Shown: in pieces, positions 39,946 to 49,165 of the stretch
Layout: every line of letters begins with the position of its first letter
Position numbering within the stretch: the first letter of the stretch is position 1
Assembly: GCA_035063585.1 (NCBI GenBank)
Contig: JAPSGB010000021.1
Coordinates: 1-64,000, forward strand
Source: Polyangiaceae bacterium
GTDB lineage: Bacteria; Myxococcota_A; Polyangia; Polyangiales; Polyangiaceae
Direction of reading: 5' to 3'
DNA: 64,000 bases
Made by a program: the position numbers and the translations under genes
Notes under the pieces: model-generated
Told to the model about the DNA's origin: nothing
Seen by the model: only the letters and a program-made list of their open reading frames with translations
Databases searched by the model: none

Positions 39946-40533
39946 GTGCTCATCGGCGCTCAGCACTTGGTCGATCGGCTCCGTCACGAGCGGCAGCGCG
40001 CAGCCGAGCTCCTCGAGCTCCGTCGTCGTCTCGCCGCGCTCCCGGGCCCGGGCGAGGTGAGCGGCGAGCTCATGGCCCTGGCGCGCGAGCTCCGCGAGCG
40101 CCGCGAGCGCCTGGCCCTGGCGCTCGGTGCGGTCGAGGCGTGCTCGAGCTGCGCCGTTGGCCACCCACTTCCCTTTGGCAAATGGTCTGGAGGGCACTGC
40201 TGCGGCGGGACGACGGATCGCTATTTCTCCGATGATGAGCTCCACGCGCTCGCGCTCGCGGGAACGACCGCGGCTCGGCTCCGTGCGCCCCGCGGCGAGC
40301 AGGCCGGCTGCGCCTTCCGCGGTCCCGAAGGCTGTTCGCTCTCCGCGCGCGATCGGCCGAACCTGTGCACGAGGTTTCTGTGTCGCGAGCTCGAGCGCGA
40401 GCTCGCCCGGCGCGGGGCGCTCGCCGTCATCGCTCCGCTCCAAGAGGCCATTCGCGTCACCTTCGAACGCTTCGTCGAGTTGCGCGAGCGAGCGGCCGAG
40501 GACGAGCTCTTCGGCCCGGAAGCGGGGCCGTGA
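39946..40533 (+). CDS. Cys-cluster protein (YkgJ/CxxCxxCC-like metal binding)
   Basis: CSSC...GGHCC...GCAF...GCSL...RPNLCTRFLC. Confidence 0.65.
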   Translation: MLIGAQHLVDRLRHERQRAAELLELRRRLAALPGPGEVSGELMALARELRERRERLALALGAVEACSSCAVGHPLPFGKWSGGHCCGGTTDRYFSDDELHALALAGTTAARLRAPRGEQAGCAFRGPEGCSLSARDRPNLCTRFLCRELERELARRGALAVIAPLQEAIRVTFERFVELRERAAEDELFGPEAGP

Positions 40534-40547
40534 TGGGGTCGGCCGGC

Positions 40548-41507
40548 TCAGTCGCAGCGCGGGGGAGGCTTCGACTGCGCCACGGCCATTTGGCGATTTA
40601 CCGCGCACCTCGTCGCCCTCGCGAGAAAATCCACCGCCGGGACGCGCACCCGATAGCGCATCGACCACTTGTGCCCATTCAGCTCCACCGCCTCCTGCAC
40701 GTGGCCGGCGAGGTAGGCGTCGAGCGCCGGCAGGTACTTCCCGCTGACGACGTGCTTGACGACGCCGCTCTTTGGCGGGCGGAGCGTGCTCGCTGGCGTC
40801 GGCACGCCGCTCGGCCACGGCTTCGCGCCGCGCGCGTGCTCGAAACCCCAGAGCATGATCTCGAGCTCTTGCGGGATCCACGGCGACGCGCCCGGGGGTT
40901 CGAGCTCTAGGAGCTCCAGGTACCCCGCGACGAAGCCCGGCGGCGGCGGCTCGAGCTGAAGCTGCTCACCGTGCGACGCCTTGCCCGTCCGCGAGAGCCC
41001 GTAGCAGCTCGCTTCGCGCCAGCCGTCCGTCCCGCGCACCAGGAGCTCGACCCTGCGCTGGTCAGTGACACCGGTGACGGTGGTCGACGCCGGTGACTTC
41101 GCGAGCCCTTCGTCGACTCGCGCCGCGAGCGCGAGGGCGGCGGCGCGCGTGAGGCGCCCCTGGACGCGCGAGAGCGTCTTACCCTGCACCGACTGCTTGA
41201 TGACGAGCCCGCTCTCATACACGACCACCGTCGGTACGTCCGAGCCGATCACCGCGAGCCAGGGATCTCGCTCCCAGAGCGCGATGAGCGGCTTCTCGGC
41301 GAGCCCATCGAGCCCCGGGACGTCAAACGGAGTCATGGGAGCTCGCTTCGGTCTGGGGTTGGGGGTGGGCGCGTCGCGGCCGGCGACCGGGGCGCTCGCG
41401 CCGGGCTGCGCGGTCGAGCTCGCGCCGAGGCTCGACGCGCGCGACCCGCCACGGCAACCCGCGAGCGCCACGATGAGCGCGAGCGCGCTCGAGACCTCCC
41501 TCTTCAT
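40548..41507 (-). CDS. Hypothetical lipoprotein
   Basis: Lipobox LAGC, Pro/Ser linker and a globular domain; TATACT 7 nt upstream. Confidence 0.7.
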   Translation of the reverse strand: MKREVSSALALIVALAGCRGGSRASSLGASSTAQPGASAPVAGRDAPTPNPRPKRAPMTPFDVPGLDGLAEKPLIALWERDPWLAVIGSDVPTVVVYESGLVIKQSVQGKTLSRVQGRLTRAAALALAARVDEGLAKSPASTTVTGVTDQRRVELLVRGTDGWREASCYGLSRTGKASHGEQLQLEPPPPGFVAGYLELLELEPPGASPWIPQELEIMLWGFEHARGAKPWPSGVPTPASTLRPPKSGVVKHVVSGKYLPALDAYLAGHVQEAVELNGHKWSMRYRVRVPAVDFLARATRCAVNRQMAVAQSKPPPRCD

Positions 41508-41556
41508 GCAGGGGAGTATAGCTCGCGCGCATGAGGAGTGAAGCGCGCCGGCGAGC

Positions 41557-42735
41557 TCAGCCGGTGCGCGGCTCGATGGCGGCCGCGCCGCCGCTCTCGA
41601 GCCAGCGCGTCACCGCGAGCGCGCCTGCGAGCCGCTCGCGCGCGCGCCCGGAAATCGGAAGCTCCGGGAGCGCGAGCCGCTCGCGCCGGACGACGTCCTC
41701 GAGCGCGCCGCACGCCCCACGCGTGAGGCCCGTATAGACGCCCTTCAAGAGCAAGGTGCTCTCGGCCACGAGCTCGGCCGAGGCGAGCAGATCGATGGTG
41801 CTCTGGTTCCAGGCGGCCACGATCGGGCGCGCTCCGGCGAACTCCCGCCAGTCCGCGCGCACCGCCTCGAGCGAGCGGCCGCGCGAGAGCTTGGCGGCGT
41901 CGAGCCCCATCATCGCGAGGTGGTGCGGGTCGAGCGGGCTCGCGGGCGCGACCAGCGCCTCGAAGTGCGCGCCGTCATGCGCGCGCACGGCGGACCACGT
42001 CACGAGATCGCGGTGGCGTGAGTCACGCGTCCGCGAGCCGCCGGACTCACCGTAGGCGACCACCAGGTTCGGCGAGCCGCTCGTGAGCGCACGTGGGATG
42101 GCGCGCACGGGCCGGCGCCGCGCCAGCACGCGCGGGCGTCCACCGCGCGCGCGAATGAAGGCCAGTTGGTCGTCGATCATGGACTCGAAGGCGGCGAGCA
42201 GCCCGGCGACGCCGGGGGTCTCGGGCTCGAGCGCTGCGAGCGCGCCGGCGACCGCTTCGATGGTGGAGACGAAGCCCGGATCCGGTTCGCGCCGGATGCG
42301 ATAACGGCTCGGGGCCGCAGGCGTGTACCGGAAGCGCGGGAGCGCGTGGAGCCAGCGCTCGTCGCGGAGCATGGTGCGCGCGTGGTGCCAGGTCCCGTCG
42401 ATGACGACCAGCGCGGGCGGACGCTCGCTCTCCCCGAGCGTCTCGAGGCTCCGCGCATCGCGCGACGGATAGAGGAGCCCCGTGCCGTGTGGCAGCTCGA
42501 ACGGCGCTCGCTCGCCCGACCGCTCCGTGAAGGCGAGCTCGCACTCGACCCGGGCGAGCCCGAGGCGGGCGAAGCGGACCGTGCCGATCGGGTGAAAGCG
42601 CTCGCGTGGGTGCTGTAAGATGAAGATTCGCGTGCGGTTGTCGACGCGCGGCGTCCGCGCGCACACGCAGAGCGCGGCGGGCTTGAAGCATTCATAGCAG
42701 GTGGCGCGAGCGTCGAGCACGACGCCCGGGAGCAT
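41557..42735 (-). CDS. DTW-domain tRNA aminocarboxypropyltransferase (TapT-like) with extra C-terminal domain
   Basis: CYEC...LCVC, ILQHPRE, LLYPS, VIDGTW, YRIRREP and STIEAV, followed by ~170 additional aa. Confidence 0.8.
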   Translation of the reverse strand: MLPGVVLDARATCYECFKPAALCVCARTPRVDNRTRIFILQHPRERFHPIGTVRFARLGLARVECELAFTERSGERAPFELPHGTGLLYPSRDARSLETLGESERPPALVVIDGTWHHARTMLRDERWLHALPRFRYTPAAPSRYRIRREPDPGFVSTIEAVAGALAALEPETPGVAGLLAAFESMIDDQLAFIRARGGRPRVLARRRPVRAIPRALTSGSPNLVVAYGESGGSRTRDSRHRDLVTWSAVRAHDGAHFEALVAPASPLDPHHLAMMGLDAAKLSRGRSLEAVRADWREFAGARPIVAAWNQSTIDLLASAELVAESTLLLKGVYTGLTRGACGALEDVVRRERLALPELPISGRARERLAGALAVTRWLESGGAAAIEPRTG

Positions 42736-42808
42736 AGCGCGTCCGGCGAGAGCGGAAGGCTCTGCGAAGAGTGGACGAACGCCGGGGAAAAGCGGAAGAT
42801 TCACCGGC

Positions 42809-43603
42809 ATGTGCGAGCTCCTCGGTATGGAGTGTAACGTCCCGACCGACATCGCGTTCTCGTTCACTGGGCTGCGCCGCCGCGGCGGGCTCACCGGCCC
42901 GCACGGCGATGGTTGGGGGCTCGCGCTCTACGAGGGGCGCGACGTGAGCGTGTTCCGGGAGCCCCGCGCCGCGGCGAACAGTCGGCTCGCCAAGTTCCTC
43001 ACCGATCATCCCACCAAGACGCTGCTCGCGGTCGGTCACGTTCGCCAGCGCACGCGCGGCGCGACCAGCCTCGCGAATACCCACCCCTTTACCCGCGAGC
43101 TCTGGGGAAGGCGTTGGGTGTTCGCTCACAACGGCACGCTGCGGCGGGTTCGTCGCCGGCCGCTCGGGCGCTTCGAGCCGCTCGGTACCACCGACAGCGA
43201 GCACGCGTTCTGCCACTTGATGAGCGAGCTCGAGCGCTGGTTCTCCTCGTACCCGCGCAAGCCGAGCGAGCTCTGGGCGGCGGTCGCCGAGCTTGGCGCC
43301 AAGCTCGGTGAGGACGGCACCTTCAACTTCCTCCTCGGGGATGGCAGCCACCTCTACGCGCGCTGCGGCACCCGGCTCAGCCACATCATCCGCGAAGCTC
43401 CCTTCGGCCCCGCGCAGCTACGCGACGCCAAAGTCCAGGTGAATTTCGCGGAAGTGACCACGGCGCGAGACCGAGTCGCGGTGGTGGCGACCGCCCCGCT
43501 CACGACCAACGAGCGCTGGGTGCTCGCAGAGCGCGGAGAGCTTCGAGTGTTTCGGCGCGGGCGGCTCGCGGCGGTCTTCGAGGGCGCGCGCCGCCGCGCA
43601 TGA
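42809..43603 (+). CDS. Class II glutamine amidotransferase (YafJ-like)
   Basis: N-terminal MCELLG, HGDGWG, HVRQRT, NTHPF, FAHNG, GTTDSE and FNFLLGDG. Confidence 0.9.
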   Translation: MCELLGMECNVPTDIAFSFTGLRRRGGLTGPHGDGWGLALYEGRDVSVFREPRAAANSRLAKFLTDHPTKTLLAVGHVRQRTRGATSLANTHPFTRELWGRRWVFAHNGTLRRVRRRPLGRFEPLGTTDSEHAFCHLMSELERWFSSYPRKPSELWAAVAELGAKLGEDGTFNFLLGDGSHLYARCGTRLSHIIREAPFGPAQLRDAKVQVNFAEVTTARDRVAVVATAPLTTNERWVLAERGELRVFRRGRLAAVFEGARRRA

Positions 43604-43613
43604 TGCGGCGCGC

Positions 43614-43886
43614 TCAGCGAAAGCGACCGGCGCGCACGAGCTGCTCGACGGCGTCCTTGGCTTCCTTGAGCCCGACTCCGTGGACGATCCGGTAGCGTTT
43701 CATGGCCCCCAGCTGGTCGCCCCGCCGAAGCAGCGCCGCGAGCTCGGCATCGACACCCCCGGCGGACGAGCCAGCGTCAACGGCGCCCCCCGCCGAAGGG
43801 CTCGAGAACGCGGTGCCGCAGAAGCCACAGCCGCTCGCCCCGACCGCGATGGGAGCGCCGCAATGGGAACAAATCAAGGAGGGCAT
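43614..43886 (-). CDS. Small zinc-ribbon + ribosomal L7/L12 CTD-like protein
   Basis: CSHC...CGFC, then AMKRYRIVHGVGLKEAKDAVE. Confidence 0.65.
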   Translation of the reverse strand: MPSLICSHCGAPIAVGASGCGFCGTAFSSPSAGGAVDAGSSAGGVDAELAALLRRGDQLGAMKRYRIVHGVGLKEAKDAVEQLVRAGRFR

Positions 43887-43943
43887 CGACGGGAAACTTA
43901 GTCGGTGAGCGGCGGGAGTCCAGGCGCCCTCCGCGCGGGCGCG

Positions 43944-45026
43944 TCACAAGAGCTCTCCTGCCGGCTCGACGCGCAAGTCGACCGGGCCGTCGAGCGGAGG
44001 GCGCTGCATCTTGCCGAGCGGCGCGACGCGAGCGCGTGGCAAGAACGCGGCGACCCGCTCCGCCGGCCACGCCGCGCCAAAAATCCCCACGCAGGTGACT
44101 CTCGAGCCGAGGGGAGCCAGCGCGCCCGCGGGATCCGCGACGCGCATCACCTGTACGTTGCGCCCGACCGGCGGCACCGCGAGCGGGCCGCCCTCGAGAT
44201 CGAGCCCGACCGAGCCCTTGCCCGCGGGGGTCAGCTGCCTCGCGTAGAGCATGGCGTCGCGGTATCGCGTCTGCTCAGCGAGCTCTTCGCTCGTGAGCTC
44301 ACCGCGCGGGACGTCATGCTCGAGTCGAGCCAGCTCCCTTGCGAGCGACTCGGCGAAGGCGCGCGCGGCCGGCTCGCTCCCGGTGACCAGCGCGACCCGC
44401 GGGCTCAGGCATCCCCGCTGATCGAACGCGATCACGTCTTCGGCGAGGAGGCGCGCGGCGAGCGCGAGCTTGGACGTGCCCTCGTCGGTGTCGATGAGGG
44501 CGACGCCGAGCCCCGCGCCGTGCGCGTGTAAGACGGCGCCCGCGGGGAGCTCCCCGCGCACGCGTTCGAGCGTTCGATCCGTGCCGTAGGCCCAGACGTG
44601 GTCGCCCGGCGAGGGTGTGAGCTCCTCGACCAGCCGGAACGCCCCGCGGCTGCCGTCGCAGAGGAGTCGAGCCATCGCCGGCTCGCGGCGTGACGCGCGC
44701 ACCTCGACCCGCGGCGAGGAGGCGAGGGCGAGCGCGATGGCCCGGTGAGCCGCGACGAACACGTTGGCGGACAAGAGCACGTGCACGCGGGGCGCCGGCG
44801 GCGCGGCCTCGCAGAGTCGGCGGAGCTCGCTCCAGGTGGGGCGCGTCTCGAGGCAGCGCGTGAGCGCGAACTCCACGCCCTCACGACTGAGCCCGGTCGC
44901 TCCCGGCAACGCCTCCCGTGCGCTCCGACCGAGCACATCCGACGGGTCGGCGACTCTCCGCGCCGCCTCGACCAGCCGCTCGACGCGCGCGAGCCGAGCG
45001 CTCAGCGGCTCGAGCCCGTCACCCAT
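43944..45026 (-). CDS. LuxC-like acyl-CoA/acyl-protein reductase (short)
   Basis: ATGLSREGV, HVLLSANV, WAYGTD, HGAGLG, DVIAFDQRGCLSP (catalytic Cys) and LGKMQRPP. Confidence 0.8.
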   Translation of the reverse strand: MGDGLEPLSARLARVERLVEAARRVADPSDVLGRSAREALPGATGLSREGVEFALTRCLETRPTWSELRRLCEAAPPAPRVHVLLSANVFVAAHRAIALALASSPRVEVRASRREPAMARLLCDGSRGAFRLVEELTPSPGDHVWAYGTDRTLERVRGELPAGAVLHAHGAGLGVALIDTDEGTSKLALAARLLAEDVIAFDQRGCLSPRVALVTGSEPAARAFAESLARELARLEHDVPRGELTSEELAEQTRYRDAMLYARQLTPAGKGSVGLDLEGGPLAVPPVGRNVQVMRVADPAGALAPLGSRVTCVGIFGAAWPAERVAAFLPRARVAPLGKMQRPPLDGPVDLRVEPAGELL

Positions 45027-46137
45027 GGCCTGCGACCAGCGCCTCGATGGCGAGCGAGCAGCCGCGCGCCGGGGCGCCCGGGCGCCGCCCGAGGAGCTCG
45101 ATTCCCCGCTCGCGTCGGCGCACGAGATCTTGGACCACGATGGCGACCGCCGAGTCCACGTTGCCGAGATCGATGAAGCGCGCGAGCCCCTCCGAGCCTT
45201 CGGGGACCGGCTTCAAGGTCACCGGATCTACCGGCTCCACGCGGAGCCATGCCGGCGGCTCGTAGAGCCCGTGCTCGACCTCGTAGAGCTGGCTGGTGAG
45301 TTCGGTCATCCCGTACTCACCGATGACGCGATCCTCGGTGACGCGAAATGCGCGCGCCACCGCGCGGCGGAGCTTGGCGGGGGACACCTCACGCCTACGG
45401 CCCTTGAAGCCGCCGGTGTTCATGATGGTGGTGCGCCGCGGAGCGGGGATGCGCGCGCCCTGCAGCGCGTCGAGCATCAAGACGAGCGAGAGCGAGGTGC
45501 CGAGCACGAGCAGCGGTTCCTGGCGCTCGTTCGCGATGAGCGCCGCTCGGCGGAGCCCGCTCACGTCGACGCCGCTCGAGCTGGCGAGCCATCTCCCCGT
45601 CGCGTTCGCGTCGAAGCACGCCCCCGCCGGATCCACCGTGAGCGCGCGGCCGTCCAGGTCCTCCATGAACGCGCGCATCATGAAGCCGAGTGATGAGGTC
45701 ACCGATTCGCCGGGAGGCGGCGCGAGCGCGACGACCACCCGGCGCGCGGCACCGTCCTCGGTGAGCGCGCGAGCGCCGCTGCGGAGCGCGAGCTCACGGT
45801 AGGTATCGGTGACGCGCATCGCGTGGACGCCGCGCGCGTCGCTGGTCGTCCCGCTGGTGACGAAGCGGACCGCGTCGAGCCCGGGGGGGTGCACCGCGAC
45901 GCGTGCGAGCCGGAAGGTATCGCTCGGGACCGCGGGGATCGACGCCACGCGATCGAGCCCGGCGCTGCGCGCGTCCACCAAGCGCCGGAAGCCGGGGGAG
46001 TAGCGCGCTTGGAAGCGCGCGAGCTCGACGGCGAGGACCTCGAAGCTCTCGGACTCCGAGGCCTCGCCGCGCGCGAAGGCGCGCACGCGGGCGTGGAGGG
46101 CGTCGCTTTCGCTGATGAGAGCGTCCGTGTCGCTCAT
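45019..46137 (-). CDS. LuxE-like acyl-protein synthetase
   Basis: FVTSGTT, SSLGFM, MNTGGFKG, EYGMTELTSQ, QDLV and LGR...ARGCS. Confidence 0.85.
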   Translation of the reverse strand: MSDTDALISESDALHARVRAFARGEASESESFEVLAVELARFQARYSPGFRRLVDARSAGLDRVASIPAVPSDTFRLARVAVHPPGLDAVRFVTSGTTSDARGVHAMRVTDTYRELALRSGARALTEDGAARRVVVALAPPPGESVTSSLGFMMRAFMEDLDGRALTVDPAGACFDANATGRWLASSSGVDVSGLRRAALIANERQEPLLVLGTSLSLVLMLDALQGARIPAPRRTTIMNTGGFKGRRREVSPAKLRRAVARAFRVTEDRVIGEYGMTELTSQLYEVEHGLYEPPAWLRVEPVDPVTLKPVPEGSEGLARFIDLGNVDSAVAIVVQDLVRRRERGIELLGRRPGAPARGCSLAIEALVAGHG

Positions 46138-47498
46138 CGAGGGGAGGCGTCTAGCACGGATCGAAGCTCCGTGACGAACGCGCTCAGCAGACTCTCCGCG
46201 ATGACGAGCGGCGGCGTCAGTATCAGCGCTTCGCGCTGTCCGCCGCCGGTCGAGACGATGAACCCTCGCTCGAGCAACGCGCGCATGAGCGCGACCGCGG
46301 CCCCTGGCCGAGCTCCGAGGTCGAGCGCGAGCATCAGACCCGCGCCGCGGATTTCGCGCACGCCGGGCAGCTCCTTCGCCTCGAGCTCACGCTTGAACCA
46401 GTCGCCCACCCTCGCGGCGCGCTCCGGTAAGCGCTCGCGCGAGAGGACGTCGAGCGTCGCGAGCGCCGTGGTGCACGCGAGCGGTGCGCCCGCGAAGGTC
46501 GAGGTGTGCACCACCTCCGCGTCTCGGCTCCACGCGCGCATGACCTCGCTCGAGCCGACGCAGGCGCTCATCGGCAGCCCTCCGCCGAGCCCCTTGCCGA
46601 GGCACACGAGCTCGGGGACGAAGTCACCCTGAGTCGAGAAGAGCGATTTCCCGGCGCGCCCGAGCCCCGTCCACACCTCGTCCGCGATCATCACGGCACC
46701 GGCCGCGCGCGCGAGGCGCCCGAGCTCCGGCAAGAACTCTGCAGGGGGCACCAGGCAGCCGCCGCGGCCGAGGATCGGCTCGACCAGCACCGCTCCCACG
46801 TCGCCGCGCGCGAGCGCGAAGCGCGCGCGCTCGAGCGCTTCGTCCATGGCGGCCTCCGAGGCCGGATAGTCGACGAACGAGGCGTGCGGGTTGAGCTGCG
46901 CCGAGAACGGCTCGCGATAGCTCGGCCGCAGCCCGAGCGCCGCGAGCGGGCCGTAGGAGAGCCCGTGGTACGCGCCGGAGCAGGCGAGCACGCCCGGCCG
47001 ACCGGTGGCGAGCGCCGCCGTCTTGAGCGCCGCGCTCACCGCGTCGGCGCCGGACTGCCCGAGGATGACCTGCGCGCCCGGCCGGGGATAGAGCTCGGCG
47101 AGGCGGCCGAGCAGCGCGATCCGCGCGTCTGAAGGGTAGACGTCACCGAGCGCCTGCATGAGGCGCGGCGCCTGGTGTTCGACGGCGCGGAGCACGCGCG
47201 GGTGCCCGTGACCGAGCAGGAGCGCGCCGAAGCCTGCCGCGAGATCGACGTAGCGGTTGCCGTCCACGTCGAGCACGTTCGAGCCCTTGCCGCTCTCGTA
47301 GACGATGGCCCCCGAGGGGACTTCGGCTCGGATCCCTCGAGCTCGATCCGCGGTGATGCGCGGCCCCATGGGCGCGGCCGCGCGTGCGCTCCGGAGCAGC
47401 CACGAGCGCGACTCCGGCCCCGGCGGTCGCACGCGGATCACCGGCAGGTCATTGCCGGGATCGAGCTCGGGAGGCGGCGGGATCTCGCTATGTGCCAC
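46134..47498 (-). CDS. Class III PLP-dependent aminotransferase
   Basis: DVDGNRYVD, GHGHP, YHGLSYG, LVEPILG, IADEVWTGLGRAG, LGKGLGGG and HTSTFAG. Confidence 0.92.
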   Translation of the reverse strand: MAHSEIPPPPELDPGNDLPVIRVRPPGPESRSWLLRSARAAAPMGPRITADRARGIRAEVPSGAIVYESGKGSNVLDVDGNRYVDLAAGFGALLLGHGHPRVLRAVEHQAPRLMQALGDVYPSDARIALLGRLAELYPRPGAQVILGQSGADAVSAALKTAALATGRPGVLACSGAYHGLSYGPLAALGLRPSYREPFSAQLNPHASFVDYPASEAAMDEALERARFALARGDVGAVLVEPILGRGGCLVPPAEFLPELGRLARAAGAVMIADEVWTGLGRAGKSLFSTQGDFVPELVCLGKGLGGGLPMSACVGSSEVMRAWSRDAEVVHTSTFAGAPLACTTALATLDVLSRERLPERAARVGDWFKRELEAKELPGVREIRGAGLMLALDLGARPGAAVALMRALLERGFIVSTGGGQREALILTPPLVIAESLLSAFVTELRSVLDASPR

Positions 47499-47499
47499 G

Positions 47500-48393
47500 C
47501 TAGACGCACACGCGGTTGCGCCCGCCGCGCTTGGCCTCGTAGAGCTTCTCGTCCGCGTGCTGGATGAGGTCCGAGGCGGCGCGATCATTCGGGCCGAGCA
47601 GCGCGCACCCGATGCTGATGGTCACCGGGATGCGCTCGCCCTGAAATACGAAGGCGTGCTCGGATACGCGCTTACGGAGATCCTCCGCGAGCTTCGCCGC
47701 GCCCTCGATGGGCGTCTCGGGCAGCACGATGACGAACTCCTCGCCGCCGTAGCGCGCGAACACCTCTTCGCTTCGGATCCGCTCTTGGACGATCTTGGCG
47801 AGCTCCCTGAGGACGTGATCGCCGGCGAGGTGCCCGAACTGATCGTTGATCCGCTTGAAGAAATCGATGTCGAACATGACCACGGACAGGTCGCGCGCGT
47901 GGCGTCGCGCGCGCATGAGCTCGCGCTCCATGGCCTCGTACAAGAAACGCTTGTTGTTGATCTGGGTGAGACCATCCACGATGGTCATCCGGTAGATTTC
48001 TTCGTGGTACTTCGCCTCGGCGTCCGCACCCGAGAGGAACTTCAGGATGGTCGGTCCGACCTTCAGGCGGTCGCTGTTGTTGAGCAGCGCCTCGCCGCTG
48101 ATCTGCTCTTCGTTCAGGTAGGTGCCGTTGGTCGAACCGTCATCGACGATGAACCAGCTCTTGCCGCGCCGCTCGAGGCGCGCGTGGCGGCGTGACACGG
48201 AGTCTCCGTCGAGCACGATGGTGTTGTCCGGCCCGCGGCCGATCCGGACCGGGTTCTTGTCGAGCACGAAGCGCTTGCCGAGGAGCCCCTGCTCTTTCGT
48301 GTAGATCACCACCACGCAATCGTTGGTCGCCGCCTCGATGGACGGCTGCTGCACGACTTGGGTGACCCGCGTCTTCTCGTCGAACTCGCTCAC
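47500..48393 (-). CDS. FHA-domain diguanylate cyclase
   Basis: FHA: IGRG, VSRRHA, STNGTYLN. GGDEF: DIDFFKRIND, GHLAGD, RYGGEEF, KRGGRN. Confidence 0.92.
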   Translation of the reverse strand: MSEFDEKTRVTQVVQQPSIEAATNDCVVVIYTKEQGLLGKRFVLDKNPVRIGRGPDNTIVLDGDSVSRRHARLERRGKSWFIVDDGSTNGTYLNEEQISGEALLNNSDRLKVGPTILKFLSGADAEAKYHEEIYRMTIVDGLTQINNKRFLYEAMERELMRARRHARDLSVVMFDIDFFKRINDQFGHLAGDHVLRELAKIVQERIRSEEVFARYGGEEFVIVLPETPIEGAAKLAEDLRKRVSEHAFVFQGERIPVTISIGCALLGPNDRAASDLIQHADEKLYEAKRGGRNRVCV

Positions 48394-48483
48394 GTCTAAC
48401 CGATGCAGAGGAGGGGGTCGGGGTCGGCCGTCATCGTGAGTAACCTGACCCACCTCGCGCCCCGAGAGGGAACTCGGGCTCGG

Positions 48484-48513
48484 ACGCTATCGCCCGCTCG
48501 TGACAGGCGTCAA
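48484..48513 (-). promoter_or_regulatory. Sigma-70-type promoter of the FHA-GGDEF / aminotransferase / luxE / luxC operon
   Basis: TTGACG-N18-TAGCGT on the minus strand. Confidence 0.55.
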
Positions 48514-48602
48514 GCCGACCCCGAGCGCTAGCCCGCCCGCTCCCGCGGCTTCTCGGAAAGTTCTAGCGAACCCTTCCTGATTCGGCCACCTTCTCCGGGC
48601 TC

Positions 48603-49130
48603 ATGCGCGCGCTCACCGGAGGCACCGTCTCGATATTCACCTACAAGCACGGGCTCCTCTCGCGGGTCGCGCATGATCTCCGGATCCGCGTCGATCGGTT
48701 CGAGATTCGCCCCTCGGATTGGGGTCCGGAGGGCGCCGCGGTCACCGCGGAGTTTTACCCCGAGAGCTTCCGGGTCGAGGGCGCGATGAGGCAGGGCGAG
48801 CTCGCCCCGGACAGCCTCTCGGCGAGCGACAAGCGACAAATCGAGGACACGCTCACCCGGACCATCCTCCGCTCCGCGCCGGTGCGGTTCGACGGGACCG
48901 CGCGAGCGGAGGGCTCGTCATACCGCGTGGAGGGCGCGCTCGAGCTGGCGAGAAATACGGCCAACATATCGTTTTTGCTCATGAAAGCCGATTCTTGCCA
49001 ATTGACCGGAGCGCTCGAGCTGGCGCCCTCGCGGTGGGGCATCGAGCCGTATTCGGCGCTGCTCGGTGCGATCAAGCTCCAGGATCGCGTGCGCGTGGTG
49101 TTCGAGCTTCCGCTCCCCGAGCCGAGTTGA
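48603..49130 (+). CDS. YceI-family (polyisoprenoid-binding) protein
   Basis: KHGLLSRVAHDL, DKRQIE and WGIEPYSALLGAIKLQDRV. Confidence 0.75.
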   Translation: MRALTGGTVSIFTYKHGLLSRVAHDLRIRVDRFEIRPSDWGPEGAAVTAEFYPESFRVEGAMRQGELAPDSLSASDKRQIEDTLTRTILRSAPVRFDGTARAEGSSYRVEGALELARNTANISFLLMKADSCQLTGALELAPSRWGIEPYSALLGAIKLQDRVRVVFELPLPEPS

Positions 49131-49165
49131 TGGGGTGTCGGCCCGGCGCGCTGCCCCGCGGTCCG

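Noticed and set aside
43944..46137. Bioluminescence (lux) operon
   Set aside because: There is no luxA/B luciferase or luxD in the window, only the fatty-acid reductase components.
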